Of a stretch of 64,000 nt of DNA, positions 13,041 to 28,418 are shown one piece after another. The notes beneath the pieces are model-generated. The model saw only the letters and a program-made list of their open reading frames with translations. It was not told the origin of the DNA and made no database searches. A program made the position numbers and the translations under genes. Source of the DNA: Octopus sinensis (Eukaryota); contig NC_043000.1 of NCBI RefSeq assembly GCF_006345805.1, positions 90,768,001-90,832,000 on the forward strand, read 5' to 3'. The first letter of the stretch is position 1, and every line of letters starts with the position of its first letter.

Positions 13041-14214
13041 GAGAACGACCTACTACCAATGGTCTCCCTTTGACCACTATCTGGAATCCACCCAGTCAGC
13101 TTGCGGTTCCCAGGATTTCAGTAGAAATCGCCTGAATTGTGAGCAGGGTTCGAAGAATTCCGTCCTGGAATTGAAGATGTTCCCCGGGTAGAGGGAGAGC
13201 TTACGAGACTTATGTAAAGCTAAAAGTTATGGCCAGGTCATTAGGTTACCCAACCTTATGAACCGACCGTAATTTCCTTTCTCTAACGGTATATAAATTC
13301 ACTCACAAAGCATTGGTTGACACAAGCGTATAGCAGGAAGCACTTGCTCAAGGTGCCGCATAGAGGCATTGAATTGCAAAATGACAACACAGCAAAGAAC
13401 TGCCCCCACAAAAAATAAAACAAACAAACGAAACAAAAATCAAAAACAAAGCGACACAAAAATAGTGCATTTTTGAAAGATATAAGGCTTCAGCAAAGTT
13501 TTAATTTTTCTATTAAACGCTAAAACTTGTCAGATATTTGTATAAAATCATGTAATATATTTTAAAACCACGGAAGAATTGAAAAATATACGTAATTCCA
13601 TGCAAGAATTTACCAATGCTACATTCGCATTGTATGGCTGAGAATTTTTACAGTGGCCATGACTGAGCATGCGCTAAAACAGGGGTAAAAGGGGGCGAAG
13701 ATGTGGGAGTAAAGACAACTAGACTTAACAAAAAGATACTATATTTCAAATACTTCCTTCTCAGTTTGGTTTATTACTTGTAACCATTTCTGAAGTGATG
13801 CCAAGGAACCGGTTCCACAACATAAACATGTCGCTATATTTTTTTTTAAGGGGTTCCGATTTGAATGAAGGAATTAGTTATATATTACTTTCTGCAGATT
13901 TGATATTGGTCTGACACTTCCAGTAGCAGCAGTGGTAGTAGTAGTAGTAGTATTAGTATTAGTAGTAGTAGTAGTAGCAGCAGCAGAGAAAAGAACACAA
14001 CCTGTATTGTGTTGTGTTTTACGTTGTGCATGATGATAGCATAGTTAATTTTTTTCTTTTTTATAGAATTTGCAAAACAAATTTTAAGATAAGTTATCAT
14101 AGCATTTCTTTCAGCATATTTTTGTTGATATTTCTATGGTTGTAGTTGGTTGTTGTTGTTGTTAATACTGCTGTAGTTTCCGTTCCTGCACACAGCTTTC
14201 AGTTGGATGTTCCT

Positions 14215-14521
<307 letters not shown>

Positions 14522-16244
14522 TCTTTTAGATGCCCATAAAGTTTTATTGTTAATTTAGCTCTTGCTTTTCTTTTGAATATTGTTTTCTTTTTTGTTTTTT
14601 GCAGTTCTCGTTATTCTCGGTGCGCTTGTCATTTCTACATTAGTAAATATTATTGTAATTATTGTTTCTCTAGATCTTTCAGTTAGCACTGTCGTTGTAG
14701 CAGTTGCAGGTATATTTGCTAACGTTAAAAACAACACTCCTGATTATTAAATGTCGAGGCTATACTTGTGAGAACACGTAGTCTAAGGGTTACGGAGTTT
14801 GACTTACGATCATAATGTTGTGGGTTCAATTCGTTAACTGGGTATTCTATTGTGTCTTCGAGCGAGGTGCTTCATTCTCCACTCCTCCACTCTGAGTAAC
14901 ACGTGAGTTAATGCATTCCATTTCCCACCGGAAATGAAATTCTTCATGTTACTCTGAGTTATGAGCAGCAGAATCGAGTGAATGTCTTTGTCTGCTTATG
15001 ACTAAATAGGTACCGAAAATGATAAGCGAAAGCATGGTACATTTTACTAGATCAAAATCGTATTGTCAGTAAATGTTATGGTTCGTTGAAGCAGTATTTT
15101 TTAAATACTAATTTCTTTCGTTTGTAATTCCTTCTCTTTTAACTTACAAATTAATTCAAGGGCCTAGTACCATAGACTTGTAACTGTTGAGATCGAGTTT
15201 ACTAGCCTAGATCATGCCTTTATATTATTCCAGACACATATTGCGGCGTGTCTTGCGTCTTATGTCGTCTTCAGCAACTGTCAGATGATTTCTAGTTAGT
15301 TTACAATTAGAGTTGTAATTTCAGGACATTTCAGAAGACAGCATTGGTCCCTATTCACAATTGAGCAATAAAATTTCGCTAATTCATTGAAACTAAATTT
15401 GTACTACGATCGAGTACATCACAGAATCAAAAGTAACGGTAGCGCTGTATGATCTGCACTGAGGTTCGATACAGTACAACATCGAGGACGATAAGAGTGT
15501 TGCATGATTTGTGTCACAGTAAAATACTCCAGAACGGTAAGGACAACGGTAGTGCTTTATGATTAACACCTTATTCGGGGTCCTACATAGTAGAGTTCAC
15601 CAAGTGCGTAAGCTGAAGCCTATTTAATCGCCTTACGTACATCTCCAGGGCGATAGGTTGGCAAGATCGGCGAATGAACACCCTGCAGTATTTATTCTTG
15701 TATTAAGAGTTCTGTTGTATGGTGGAATTGTTAAGCAGTTTGTTTTGTAGCCTTGTCAAACTGACTCAGAGAACTACGTCAAGAATACATGCGTCTGTGA
15801 AATTCTCAGCCACTTCTATATTAATTCGGAATTATATTATTCGGGTGATCTAACAACAGAGACCTCGCGCTGAATGACAGAAATCCACCTGCACCACTGA
15901 GTTCTGAGTTTAAAGTTCGCCGAGTCAGTTTTGCTTTCCATTCTTCTGGTGTTGAGAGTACAATTCAAGTACTGTACTCTTACTCGTTCCTCGTTCTTTT
16001 CCTTCTTACTCTACCCCCAACACCGCCCTATACTCCCCTTATACCTCCCATCTCTTCTATCTTCCACGCTTCCACTTCCTCTGATCCCCTGCTCGCTTTC
16101 TTACTGTCGGCGGCGCTGCGCAGTGTGCAGTTTAAGTGACCTCCTTGAAAGGAACTCCGTTCTCAAAGATAATTGCTGTCATAGTGTCGGAGTGAGTTAA
16201 TGTGGTCATCGAGGTTCTCGTTGAGTACGTTAAATGATAATTAT

Positions 16245-16645
16245 CTTTTCTACTCTAGGCACAAGGCCTGAAATTTTTGGGGAGGGGTCAGTCGATTAGA
16301 TCTATCCCAGGACGCAACTGATACTTAATTCATCGACCCCAAAAGGATGAAAGCCAAAGTCAACCTTGTGGGAATTTGAACTCAGAACGTAAAGACAGAC
16401 GATGTTGTGTGTGTGTGTGGGGGGGGCAAACACAGACATACAAACACACATACAGATATATATTCATATAGATATATACAACGGGCTCCTTTTCAATTTC
16501 CGTCCACCAAATCCGCTCACAAGGTTTTGGTCGGCCCGAGGCTATAGTAGAAGACACTTGCCCAAGGTGCCACACAGTGGGACTGAACCCGGAACCGTAT
16601 GGTTGGTAAGCATGCTACTTAGCACACAGCCACTCCTGCGCCTAA
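16245..16645 (-). mobile_element. adjacent SINE C tail (16245-16400) and SINE B head (16440-16645)
   Basis: Family-diagnostic motifs as in the other copies. Confidence 0.7.
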
Positions 16646-17056
16646 CTTTTTTCAGTAGACCATACAGTGGGATCGAAGCCGGGACCTCACTACACGACGC
16701 GAACTCTTTAACCATTCGGCATCAGCCTTACTAATACACAAAGAAATTGTCTATCATCGACATTTAGCGAAGAAAAATACGAATGTGTGAGTGTGAGGGT
16801 GGTGATGGGAAGAGAAGAGACCAAGAATAAGAAGAACGAACAAAGAAAACGATCTGTTCAGATCTGAGAGTAGTCACCTTATACTGTTCGGACGTTTGTT
16901 AATGAATAATGCATGAGCACTCTTACTATGTTTTACATATGTAATGGTTGTACACCGAATTGGAGTAATAGTTCTCTAATGTTTTTCACTCACTGATAAG
17001 TACACACCACAGCACGCATACGGCTCTATGTGTACATGTAATTGTATGTGTGTATG

Positions 17057-17088
<32 letters not shown>

Positions 17089-17193
17089 CATGAGCAGTTT
17101 GTTGTATAAAATACTTCTCGTTAGAGTAGCAATTATGCCGTGCGACCTGGACATACTAATGGATTGAAGACAACAGACGTCCGATTTCACCAC

Positions 17194-18200
<1,007 letters not shown>

Positions 18201-18437
18201 ACACAGTTACATGTTTAAATACGTCTATATACATAGATGCATATACATACATAAATATATAAGCTCATACATATTTATGCAAACATTTATACGCGCACAC
18301 ACACGCACACACACATACACACACACACATACACACACACATATATTTATAAATATACATACATATATATATATATAATATATATATATATATATGTATA
18401 CACACACTCACACACAACAAACCATATATATACATGA

Positions 18438-18501
<64 letters not shown>

Positions 18502-18994
18502 TATAGGTGTGTGTGTGTGTGTGTATGTATACACTCATACATACACACATACGCACCATCACTTTCTTGGAGGGCGGGGTTTCATAATGTGACAAAATTC
18601 CTAGAGAACGGAAAGACGGCTACACTTCGATTTTAGGTAGGGTTTAACCTTACCGACTTGCGAAATATATATTTATTTTTTACTTTTTTAATGTTAGACA
18701 CTGAAAACATCGTAACTCCACAAATCTTCACTTCAAATCCATTTCAGGAATAACATATACAACCTGTATAAATATGGTGTTGACAAACATGTTTTCTTAA
18801 CACCTATGAAAGGAAACATCTTTACCCAGACGTGCCGAAGACGGAGAAGCAATGTATTTGCACAATTTTGTAGAAATTGCAGCCAAACAATTAACAAGTC
18901 ACATGCTATATATATATATATATACAGTAGAATCTCGGTTTTCTAACACAAATAAATCGTTCTTTATCTCCTGTCTTTTTCATATACATTTATA

Positions 18995-19098
18995 CAGTAA
19001 TACCTCGGTTTACGAACGCCTCTGATCGCGAATATTTATATCTATCTTTATATGTAAAGTACGATTTATTCGTGACCTGTGTTGTTCGGAACCGAGGT

Positions 19099-19105
<7 letters not shown>
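18995..19105. mobile_element. Tigger/pogo-like MITE (~110 bp)
   Basis: Imperfect TIRs CAGTAATACCTCGGTTTACGAAC / GTTCGGAACCGAGGTACTACAG with TA on both sides; a related single end lies at ~18925. Confidence 0.7.
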
Positions 19106-19181
<76 letters not shown>

Positions 19182-19881
19182 CATATATATATAATATCAG
19201 GGTAATAAGGATTGATTTTAGAAATTTTACTACCAGTGGCCTAGCGTATAGAAAAATTAGTCAATAGACTATATATTATTCATATAAAATACAGTGTACA
19301 TTTAAACATGTTAAGCGATTTCAATCATAGGAATCCTTTACGCCAGAAAGAACAGCTAATTACGGATAATTAGTCCAAACCACTAATTAGGGATAAATTT
19401 TCGAAGTGAATGAAAATTAAAAACATTTACCATCTCATTCCTGGACCATGGTTTCTGACTTATTTTTGTAAATAAAACAATTTACTAGGCGATGTCTTCA
19501 TCAACAGGGACGCCAAAGATTAAATATATAAACAACGAGGCCAATCCAGCATGTGTCTCATTGCTTATACATTTTAATTTATTTTCAAATCCACCGCGCA
19601 AGCGCAGTCATTTTTGTCGGCAGCAAAGGGATTTCTGGTAGATTCGTTCGAAGAATTTGCCGGCATCTTTTAAAAATTACTATTTTTAAAATTTTGTAGA
19701 TACTGCTAGCTCTGCTTTCAGAGTTAGAGCCCGACTAGAATGGCAATGAATAACACCAACAGGGTGTGTTAAATCAGTTCACCTTATCTCAGTCGACGAA
19801 AAAGTATTTTATCATTACTTATATCTAAAGTGTGACCTATTTTTCTTCACTTTATCTATACACTTTATCTATACCTCGTGA

Positions 19882-19996
<115 letters not shown>

Positions 19997-20096
19997 ATTG
20001 TGCTTCAAACAATCCGTCCATTAATCGAGTGGAGTAACAACATCCCTGAATTAGACGATACAATACAATGACCTCCGAACAGTTGCTCAATATGGT

Positions 20097-20196
20097 NNNN
20101 NNNNNNNNNNNNNNNNNNNNNNNNNNNNNNNNNNNNNNNNNNNNNNNNNNNNNNNNNNNNNNNNNNNNNNNNNNNNNNNNNNNNNNNNNNNNNNNN
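20097..20196. other. assembly gap (100 N)
   Basis: Direct sequence. Confidence 1.
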
Positions 20197-20389
20197 GAGA
20201 GAGAGAGGAGGGAAGAAAGAGAGCGGAAGAAAGAGAGAGAAGAATGTGAACAATGTAAGCCTGAAATGCTACCTCATAATATTTATATATGTGTTTATAC
20301 ATTATGTATGTACTTATGCATGCATGTTCATACATACAAGCACATATAGATACTTACATACATAATGCATACATACAAGTATATATATA

Positions 20390-20458
<69 letters not shown>

Positions 20459-20584
20459 ACATACGTGTAGATATATACATGTATGTATATATGAGTATGT
20501 ATATATGTATATATATATAATGTGTACATATATATATGCATATATATATTTGTATGTATGTACTACAATGTACTGAAATACAGG

Positions 20585-20710
20585 TACTTCCCATTTTTTG
20601 CCAGCTGAGTGGACTGGAGCAACGTGAAATCAAGTATCTTGCTCAAGGACACAACACGACCTTATGATCATGAGCCAAATGTCCCTAACCACTAAGCCAC
20701 GCGCCTTCAC
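20585..20710 (-). mobile_element. SINE family A, internally deleted
   Basis: Reverse complement starts GTGAAGGCGCGTGGCTTAGTGGTTAGGG; body CTCCAGTCCACTCAGCTGGC. Confidence 0.7.
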
Positions 20711-20739
20711 TTGTATGCATGTATATACTTAGTAAATAA

Positions 20740-22012
20740 GCGTTCAATAAGTAATGCCCCTGACCCACTTCCCATAGCAGTAGAGCAACGACACTTGGCA
20801 CAGTTATTAGTCTTTTCCTACATAGGAACTACCCAGAGTTATGCATTTCTCCCATCGTTTGATACAGCTCTGGAGAACGTTTTTGTAGAAGACCCCAGCT
20901 TGGTCCTCCAACCACGACGTGACTTCAGAAATCAAGGCTGCATCATCTGGGAAATGCTTTCCTTCAAAATCAACTTCATGGCTGGAAGAGGTGAAAATCA
21001 GAGGGTGCAAGGGGAGCAGTTCATAGCTGCACGCCTGTGCTTCTGATCTGGCGACACGCGAGTTGTGGACCGGAGCGTTGTCCTGCAGGAGGAGGATGCC
21101 TTTGCTGATCTTGCCCCGCCTCTTGATTTTGATAGCTTATAAGTTCCTTCTCTTAATTTCCTCAAAAGTGAAGCATATAGGCTCCTGTAATTGTGGTACC
21201 TTTGCCAGGAAATCTGTCATCACTACTCCGTCCTGGTCCCAGAAGACTGTGAGAGCATAACCTTGTCAGCGGAGGGCTGCACCCTTGCCTTCTTTGGAGG
21301 AGGTGAGTCACGGTGCTTTCACTGCATTGACTGGGCTTTGGTCTATGGATCATAGTGATGGACCCAGATTTTATTCTGTGTGATCAGTCTTTTGAAAAAT
21401 TTTGACTCATCTTCTTGGCACATCTCCAAATTCATCCTCGAGCACTCAACGCGTTCTTGCTTCTGGAAAGGTGTGAGCAACCTGGAAATCCATATGGCAG
21501 ACACCTTTTGCATATGCAAATGGTCATGAATGATAGTTTCCACAGGCCCGGTACTAATCTTGACCTTATGGGCTATTTGGCGAATAGTTATGCGTTGACC
21601 TTCCAAAATGGCAGCCTCAACTTGACGGACAGACGTCTCATCAACGGCAGAAGGGGGCGACCAGATCTGGGAGCTGTTTCCACAGAGTTCCGACTATGTT
21701 TGAATTCACAATGCCAGCGTTTTACAAGGTCATATGATGGGGCATCATCACCATAAGTTACTTTCATTTCATCAAAAGTCTCCCGTGGTGTGCGTCCTTT
21801 CAAATACAAAAACCAGATCACTGCTCGACACTCAACAGACTCCATTTCACACTTGACTCAGTTCAAACACCTGTAAATCAGAAACCACAATTAGTTCAGA
21901 GGTGTAATTCGCCACTTAATCTATAGAGGTATAAATAAGTGCACATGCAAAATTTCAGCTAGATCAAACAACTGCAAGTGGGTCAGGGGCATTACTTATT
22001 GAACGCCCCTCG
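20740..22012 (-). mobile_element. mariner (DD34D) DNA transposon, near full length
   Basis: 31-bp TIR GCGTTCAATAAGTAATGCCCCTGACCCACTT at 20740-20770 and inverted within 21976-22012 (..GAACGCCCCTCG + TA); left terminus clipped. Confidence 0.92.
20807..21845 (-). pseudogene. mariner transposase pseudogene
   Basis: HTH MESVECRAVIWFL..RSGRP; WISRLL (WVPxxL); ITQNKIWVHHYDP; LLQDNAPVH; YELLP/LAPSDFHLF with HPPYSPD deleted; multiple frameshifts and stops. Confidence 0.9.
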
Positions 22013-22021
22013 TATATATAT

Positions 22022-22068
<47 letters not shown>

Positions 22069-22072
22069 CATG

Positions 22073-22116
<44 letters not shown>

Positions 22117-22180
22117 TGACGTTATATATATATATATATGAATGACGTTATATATATATATGAATGACGTTTATATATAT

Positions 22181-22214
<34 letters not shown>

Positions 22215-22380
22215 ACGTCATTCATATATTTGGCTGCTGGGGTATTTGTCTCCCCTTCGTAAATATATAAGGACACAGGAAAAAATGTGCCGAAGACATC
22301 AGGAGGCGTCGATGCTTCGTAGGGCTAAACAGCAGTGGTGTGTAATACCCTACTGTCACGTTAAATTGACAGTATACAAC

Positions 22381-22435
<55 letters not shown>

Positions 22436-22929
22436 GGCATTACCAAAGGGCGGAGGAGCTCCTGAACAACGGCAATCCAACAAAATATCTGTAAATATAT
22501 ATATCTTTATTCTTATATGTATTTGCATGTATATTTTTACTTATATATATATATATATTATATATATTATTTATATTTAAATCTTACTTCATAGTTTTTA
22601 ATTGCATATCTTTTACTTTTTTTATAATTATATGTACTATGTATATTTAATTCTTATTCACACATCTTATTTATTTATATATGTATATTTGTACTTTTAT
22701 ATACATATTTATATTTATTACATATCTTTTACTTTTTAAAATTTATATATTGTATCTATATTTAATCATTATTTACATTTGCAAATCATATATTGTACTT
22801 TTCTTTTTCTTTTTTTTAATGTTTGAATGAGCTACTCCGTGTCGGTCACCGGGGTTATATTTGATCACTTTATAGAGTCTTTGAGTGTCGGTTTGGTGTC
22901 TGGAATAGGATAGCTTACCTCATGGGCAG

Positions 22930-25375
22930 GTAGAAGCTCTTTTACTTAGGTTAGTAATCTACCTAGGAGAGGGAAATCTCCGAAATAAAACCTGAGGCCT
23001 TGGATCTTCGTGATTTTGTGAACTTTTATGTCACACAGGCGAAAGTCTTCTTGGGCCAAAGGTAGCGGTAGTGCAGTGCAAGCTACACCCACGGAAAATT
23101 ATTTATCTGCACAGGTACTTTCTGTACACCAAATCTTACGAAAATCATTGAATTGGTTGGTTGGCAGAAACCTAAAAATGCACTTTCAACTTACTCTAAA
23201 ATGTTTCAAACAGACTCAGTAATTGGCAAACAAGGCTTGGGAACGTCAGGGAAACACGTCTGGCTCGGCAGGTGTCCCAGTGTATCACAGGCTGGGCCCG
23301 GTCATCATCCTGCCACTGTGGTCAATCTTCAAGAAAAAGTAAAAATAAACATCCTTTGAATTGCGGTTGTTGGAATGTGCGCACACTTCTTGATGATAAT
23401 TTCAACAAGAGGCCAGAAAGGCGTACTGCACTTATTGCATGTGAGCTTAAGAAATATTCCCTTGATATAGTTGCAGTCTCTGAAACTTGTCTCTCTGGTG
23501 AGGGTCAGGTAAATGAACCTACTTATGGATATACTATCTTTTGCGGAGGCCTACCTAAGGGTCAGCGTGGAGAATCTGGTTTCGGGTGTGCTCTCAAGAA
23601 TAGATTAGTATTCTCCATTGCAGAGTTTCCAAGTGGTATATCTGAACGGATCATGTCACGCCGTATTAAACTGACAAAAGGTAGGTTTCTTACCGCTGTC
23701 AGTAGTCATGCTCCAAAAATGTTCCATTCTGATGAAACTGTAGGATAGTTCTATGATGATCTAGCACAATTTTTGAGGAAAGTACCAATTTCTGACAAGC
23801 TGGTCATATTGGGAGATTTCAATGCAAGAATTGGAAAGGACTATGTTTCATGGCATGTTTTAGGTGGTCATAGGATTGAAAAATGTAAAAATGGAGTAGC
23901 TCTTTTGACGTTTTGTACTGAGAATAATCCGGTTGTCACCAACACTCTGATTAAGCAGAAAAATAAATATAAAACCCCCTGGATGCACCCAAGATCTAAG
24001 CACTGGCATCTCATAGACTATATTCCGATCAGAAAACGTGATATGAAAGACGTTTCTAGCGTTCGGGTCATGAGAGGGGCAGAGAGCTGGACTGACCATC
24101 ATCTATTGCGTGGAAATATAGATTTTTCGACAATGCCTAAAAATCGACAGCCTGGTCTTAAGGTACCCAAAACGTTAAATGTTGCAAACTTTAAATTATC
24201 AAGCAACTTGCAAACGATGCTACAGAACTTCCACGATGCTACAGAAAGTATCAATCTTGACCCAAACAATCTATGGGAAGATTTCAAAACAAAAATATTT
24301 CAGGCAACACGTTCCTCAGTGGGATTTAAATCATGTAAGCCCAGTGACTGGTTCTCAGATAGATCAGCAGAAATGCATGATCTACTTTTAGAAAAGCAAA
24401 ACTCTTCTTTCTCAGTCCTTGAACTCCAACTCAAACGAAGCTTACAGAAAGCTGAAAAGGAAAGTGCAGACTGCTCTAAGAAAAATTAAACAGGAATGGT
24501 GGAATGATAGAGCAAAAGGGGCTAAAGAAGCAGCTGATACAAATGATGCCAAGGGTTTGTACTCTCATGTTAACGAGGTATATGGCCCCAAATCTTCTTC
24601 AGTAGCTCCAGTGAGAACAGCAAATAGTCGTTTGCTTCTCACTGACACCACTCGTATTCATAAACGCTGGGTAGAACATTTTTCTGCACTTTTGAATAGA
24701 CCATCATCCGCTGACATAAGGACGATAGAAAAAAATCGAACACCTTCCAGTTATAGAATAGATGGTATTTGAACCAACTCTAAATGACGTTTATTTAGCT
24801 GTGAATAAACTGAATAACAATAAGTCTCCAGGATCTGATGGAATCTGTGTCTTGAAATATGGTGGTGACAAAATATTTGAACTCTTAAATATACTAATTT
24901 GTCACTGTTGGAAAACTGAGAAAGTGCCCCAAGACTGGATTGATGCCATTTTAGTTTCCTTGTATAAATCGGGGCCAAAGGATCTGTGTTGCATTTTCGA
25001 GGGATTTCGCTTTTGTCTGTGGTTGGAAAGGTACTTGCTCGCATTTTGTTAGAACGTTTAAATACCTTTATAGTTCCAAATATAGTGTCTGAGTCTCAGT
25101 GAGGTTTTCGTTCCTCCAGGGGTACAGCTGATTGTATCTTTACTGTCAGACAATTGTAAGAAAAGTGCATTGATCAGAATCTTGCTCTATACCATTGCTT
25201 TGTTGATTTGAGCAAAGCATTCGATAGTGTTAATCAAAATGCTCTATAGCTAAATCTAAGGAAAAGAGGTTGCCCAGAAAAATTTGTAAACATGATCAGG
25301 GCTTTGCATCAAGATATGAAAGCTAGAGTTAACTTTGGTGGTAGGCTCTCCGAATCATTTGCCGTGGAAAATGAG
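22930..25375 (+). mobile_element. RTE-BovB-like LINE, 5' portion (APE endonuclease + N-terminal RT), pseudogenised
   Basis: CWNVRTLLD..RPERRTALIACELKKYSLDIVAVSET; ILGDFNARIGKD; WMHPRSKHWHLIDY; RVMRGAESWTDHHLL; KSPGSDGI; GFRSSRGTADCIFTVRQL; FVDLSKAFDSVN. Breaks off before the QG motif, at the HHR element. Confidence 0.9.
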
Positions 25376-25566
25376 ATGCAGCACGGAATTTTGTCAGTGA
25401 ACAGGTCGCGGTCTCAAAGCGACGAAGATATTTTGACAAATTAAATTAAATGTTGAAGTGAATCTAACAGTTTTTGTGTGTTTCTTAAATGGCTTATAAA
25501 CACCTTCCACGCTGCAATTGTTTTCGTTCCAGCGCACAATCTCAGATCAGGTCACTTGCTATGCAA

Positions 25567-25571
<5 letters not shown>
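25376..25571 (+). mobile_element. ~200-bp hammerhead-bearing short retroelement, copy 2
   Basis: Reverse complement of 2539-2735; followed by (TA)n. Confidence 0.8.
25390..25440 (+). ncRNA. type I hammerhead-like motif, G3-C8 core
   Basis: tttgtca-GTGAACA-g-gtcgc-ggtctcaaa-gcgac-GAAG-atat-TT-tgacaaa; perfect 7-bp stem I and 5-bp stem II; A15.1 changed to G in this copy. Confidence 0.6.
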
Positions 25572-25612
<41 letters not shown>

Positions 25613-25732
25613 CAACAATTGAGGGTAAAATTAATTAATTAATCAATTTCACCAAGTATTCAGTATGCAAAGGGACCATTTAAGGCGAATTCAAATTATT
25701 ACATTATATTACATTATTTTACTAAGCCCTTT

Positions 25733-25766
<34 letters not shown>

Positions 25767-26264
25767 TCCCATACTTATGGGCTTCCTTCAATTTCCACCG
25801 GCCAAATTCACTCAAGAGACATTGGTCAAGCCGTGGCTAGACTAAAAGATACTTTTGTTCAAGGTACTGCACAATGAGGATGAACCCGTGACTGCATGGT
25901 TGTTAAGTTGTTAAGCAAACGTCTTACCTTCACAGCCGCGTTCATATAAATTACGAATTATTTTGGGCTACAATATGTAGACAATCCAATCAATGAATAA
26001 AGAGGTTCAGCTCGCGGTACAGGATATAAAATATATGGATAAGCTTACATAGTAGCTACTGCTCGGCTTAAAAATGTTCTGTTTTAAGAACTCCGTCTCT
26101 CATATGGTGATGTAAACAAAGAAACGTTTGTCACTGCTTGTGACTACAAGTAAAATGTTACTAGTTATGTAGAGAAAATAACGCTCGTAAAGCACGACGG
26201 ATGAATTTACTGAGAACAGGGTCAATTTATACCCAGCCAGATAAGAATATTTCGAGGAAAGTGG

Positions 26265-26303
<39 letters not shown>

Positions 26304-26375
26304 CAGACAGACAGTTAAACAGATAGACAGACACACAAATATACAAATACACATGCACTATATATGCATATGTAT

Positions 26376-26705
26376 GGTGCATGGCTTAGTGGTTAGATCG
26401 TCGGGCTCACAATCACGAAATAGTGAGTTTGATTCCTGGACCAGGCTGTGTTGTGTTCTTGAGCAAGACACTTTATTTCACGTTACTCCAGTTCACTCAG
26501 CTGTAGAAATGAGTTGTGACGTCACATGTGCCAAGCTGTATCGGCCTTTGCCTTTCTCTTGGATAACACTGGTGGCGTGGAGAGGGGAAGCTGGTATGCA
26601 TGGGCGACTGCTGGTCTTCCATAAACAACCTTGCCCGAACTTGTGCCTGGGAGGGTAACTTTCTAGGTGCAATCCCATGGTCTGTGCCATGACCGAAGGA
26701 GTCTT
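26376..26705 (+). mobile_element. SINE family A
   Basis: GGTGCATGGCTTAGTGGTTAG head; 3' part shared with 34940-35125. Confidence 0.8.
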
Positions 26706-28007
26706 ATAAATTTTGATATAGATTTTTATATATAAGTATATATTTATATACATATAAATATTTATATAAATATAAAGTCATATATAAATTGACATACATA
26801 TATTGATACTGAAATATTAATTAGTGTATTTATGTGTGTGCGTGTGTGTGTGTGTGCGCATGTCTCTGTGTCTCTTACCTCACTTACCACTCTGTTTTCC
26901 CTCTTATGCATGATTGATTCCATAGCCAGTAGAGGGTCTGTTGGTATACTCGCAACTCCGATGTAAGCAGCAGCAGCAGCAGCAGCAGGACCATCACCAC
27001 CACCACCACCATGTACTAATACATATTTCGGTAGCTTGCAAAGATAAATTAAATTCCTCCATTTGTAACAAAAACTAAACTACCCATGAGACATACCTGT
27101 GCCTCATCCTGGAATATATTTGTTACCCTTCAAATTAACCAACGTTAAATTAAACTTCAACGATGGCCTCATGGATCAAGCCGGTCAGAATGTACAATCA
27201 CTGATTAGCGTTTTGAATCTGGCTATTCCGTTTCGATTCCAACTTCAATTCCCTGTTGAAGCACGCGTCGTTTATTCAATTAATAATCTTGATTAAACGA
27301 ACGTAAGCGACACAAATTCTCATTTCTCCTCCTTTAAATCTGAGGCACTTTTGATTTTGTAAGTAATTTTACAGTATTACACTTTTACATAATTATACGA
27401 TTCTCAATATCTATAAGCTAATGCGAACTGACGTCATTTCAATCATAATCTGATTCTTTATCAACTCATTTATCCTTATCGACCGCTTACACCGTTCCAA
27501 AACACACGCCTTACTGCCTTCCCTCTCCACCTGTTCTGTTCTACCGCTTTCTATCAATCGTCTTAAAACCCCCACCCCCACCCACACCAATTCGTTTCGT
27601 CTCGTCTCGTCCCGTCTCATCGCATCTGAATTTATCTTCAACCACTCAAACAGTAAACTGCTGTCACTAGGCCTGGATAAATTCCAAATCAATTAGACAG
27701 CTTAAGGTTCTGAGAAAATGTGCAAGTGTACGTTTCACAGCCGTAATTCGTAACACAGAAAGATGAAAAGCTTTCTTAGGCTGACTTGAATCATTTGGCT
27801 TGGAAGGGCATTAGTATCCTTCCAGCTATTCAAATATAAATTGTGGTCAAAAGAAGATAAGTGATGAATAAAAAACATATAAAAAAATAATAGAATATAT
27901 ATATAAAACAATAAAGTAAAATAAAATGAAAAAAAGTAACAATGAGAAATATGTATGTATAACACTATGTATTATGTGCATATGCATGTATGTGAGTATA
28001 TATATAT

Positions 28008-28057
<50 letters not shown>

Positions 28058-28250
28058 TTTGTAAGTGTGCGAAGGAAGAGAAAAAATGGCAGACTTGTGA
28101 AAATCACTCTAAATTAGGACGGAAGTAAAATTGAAGGACGGTGTTTCACAGATTTGACTTTGTATTGATCATCACACAGCGAAAAGCATCAAAGATGTCA
28201 AAATGAAGGAACGGTAACTGAACGAAAGGAGCTTAAATATATGTGTATAT

Positions 28251-28286
<36 letters not shown>

Positions 28287-28356
28287 CATACATATATATA
28301 TGTATATGTCTATGTATGTATATATATAAGTGCATGTGTATTCCTAGATATGCATA

Positions 28357-28418
<62 letters not shown>

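Noticed and set aside
22905-22995. HDV-like ribozyme in the RTE 5' UTR (P1 aggtag/ctacct, P4 ggaga/tctcc, then CGAAAT)
   Set aside because: RTE 5' ends can carry HDV-like ribozymes, but P2/P3/L3/P1.1 could not be fitted convincingly by eye; needs a descriptor search on the family consensus.
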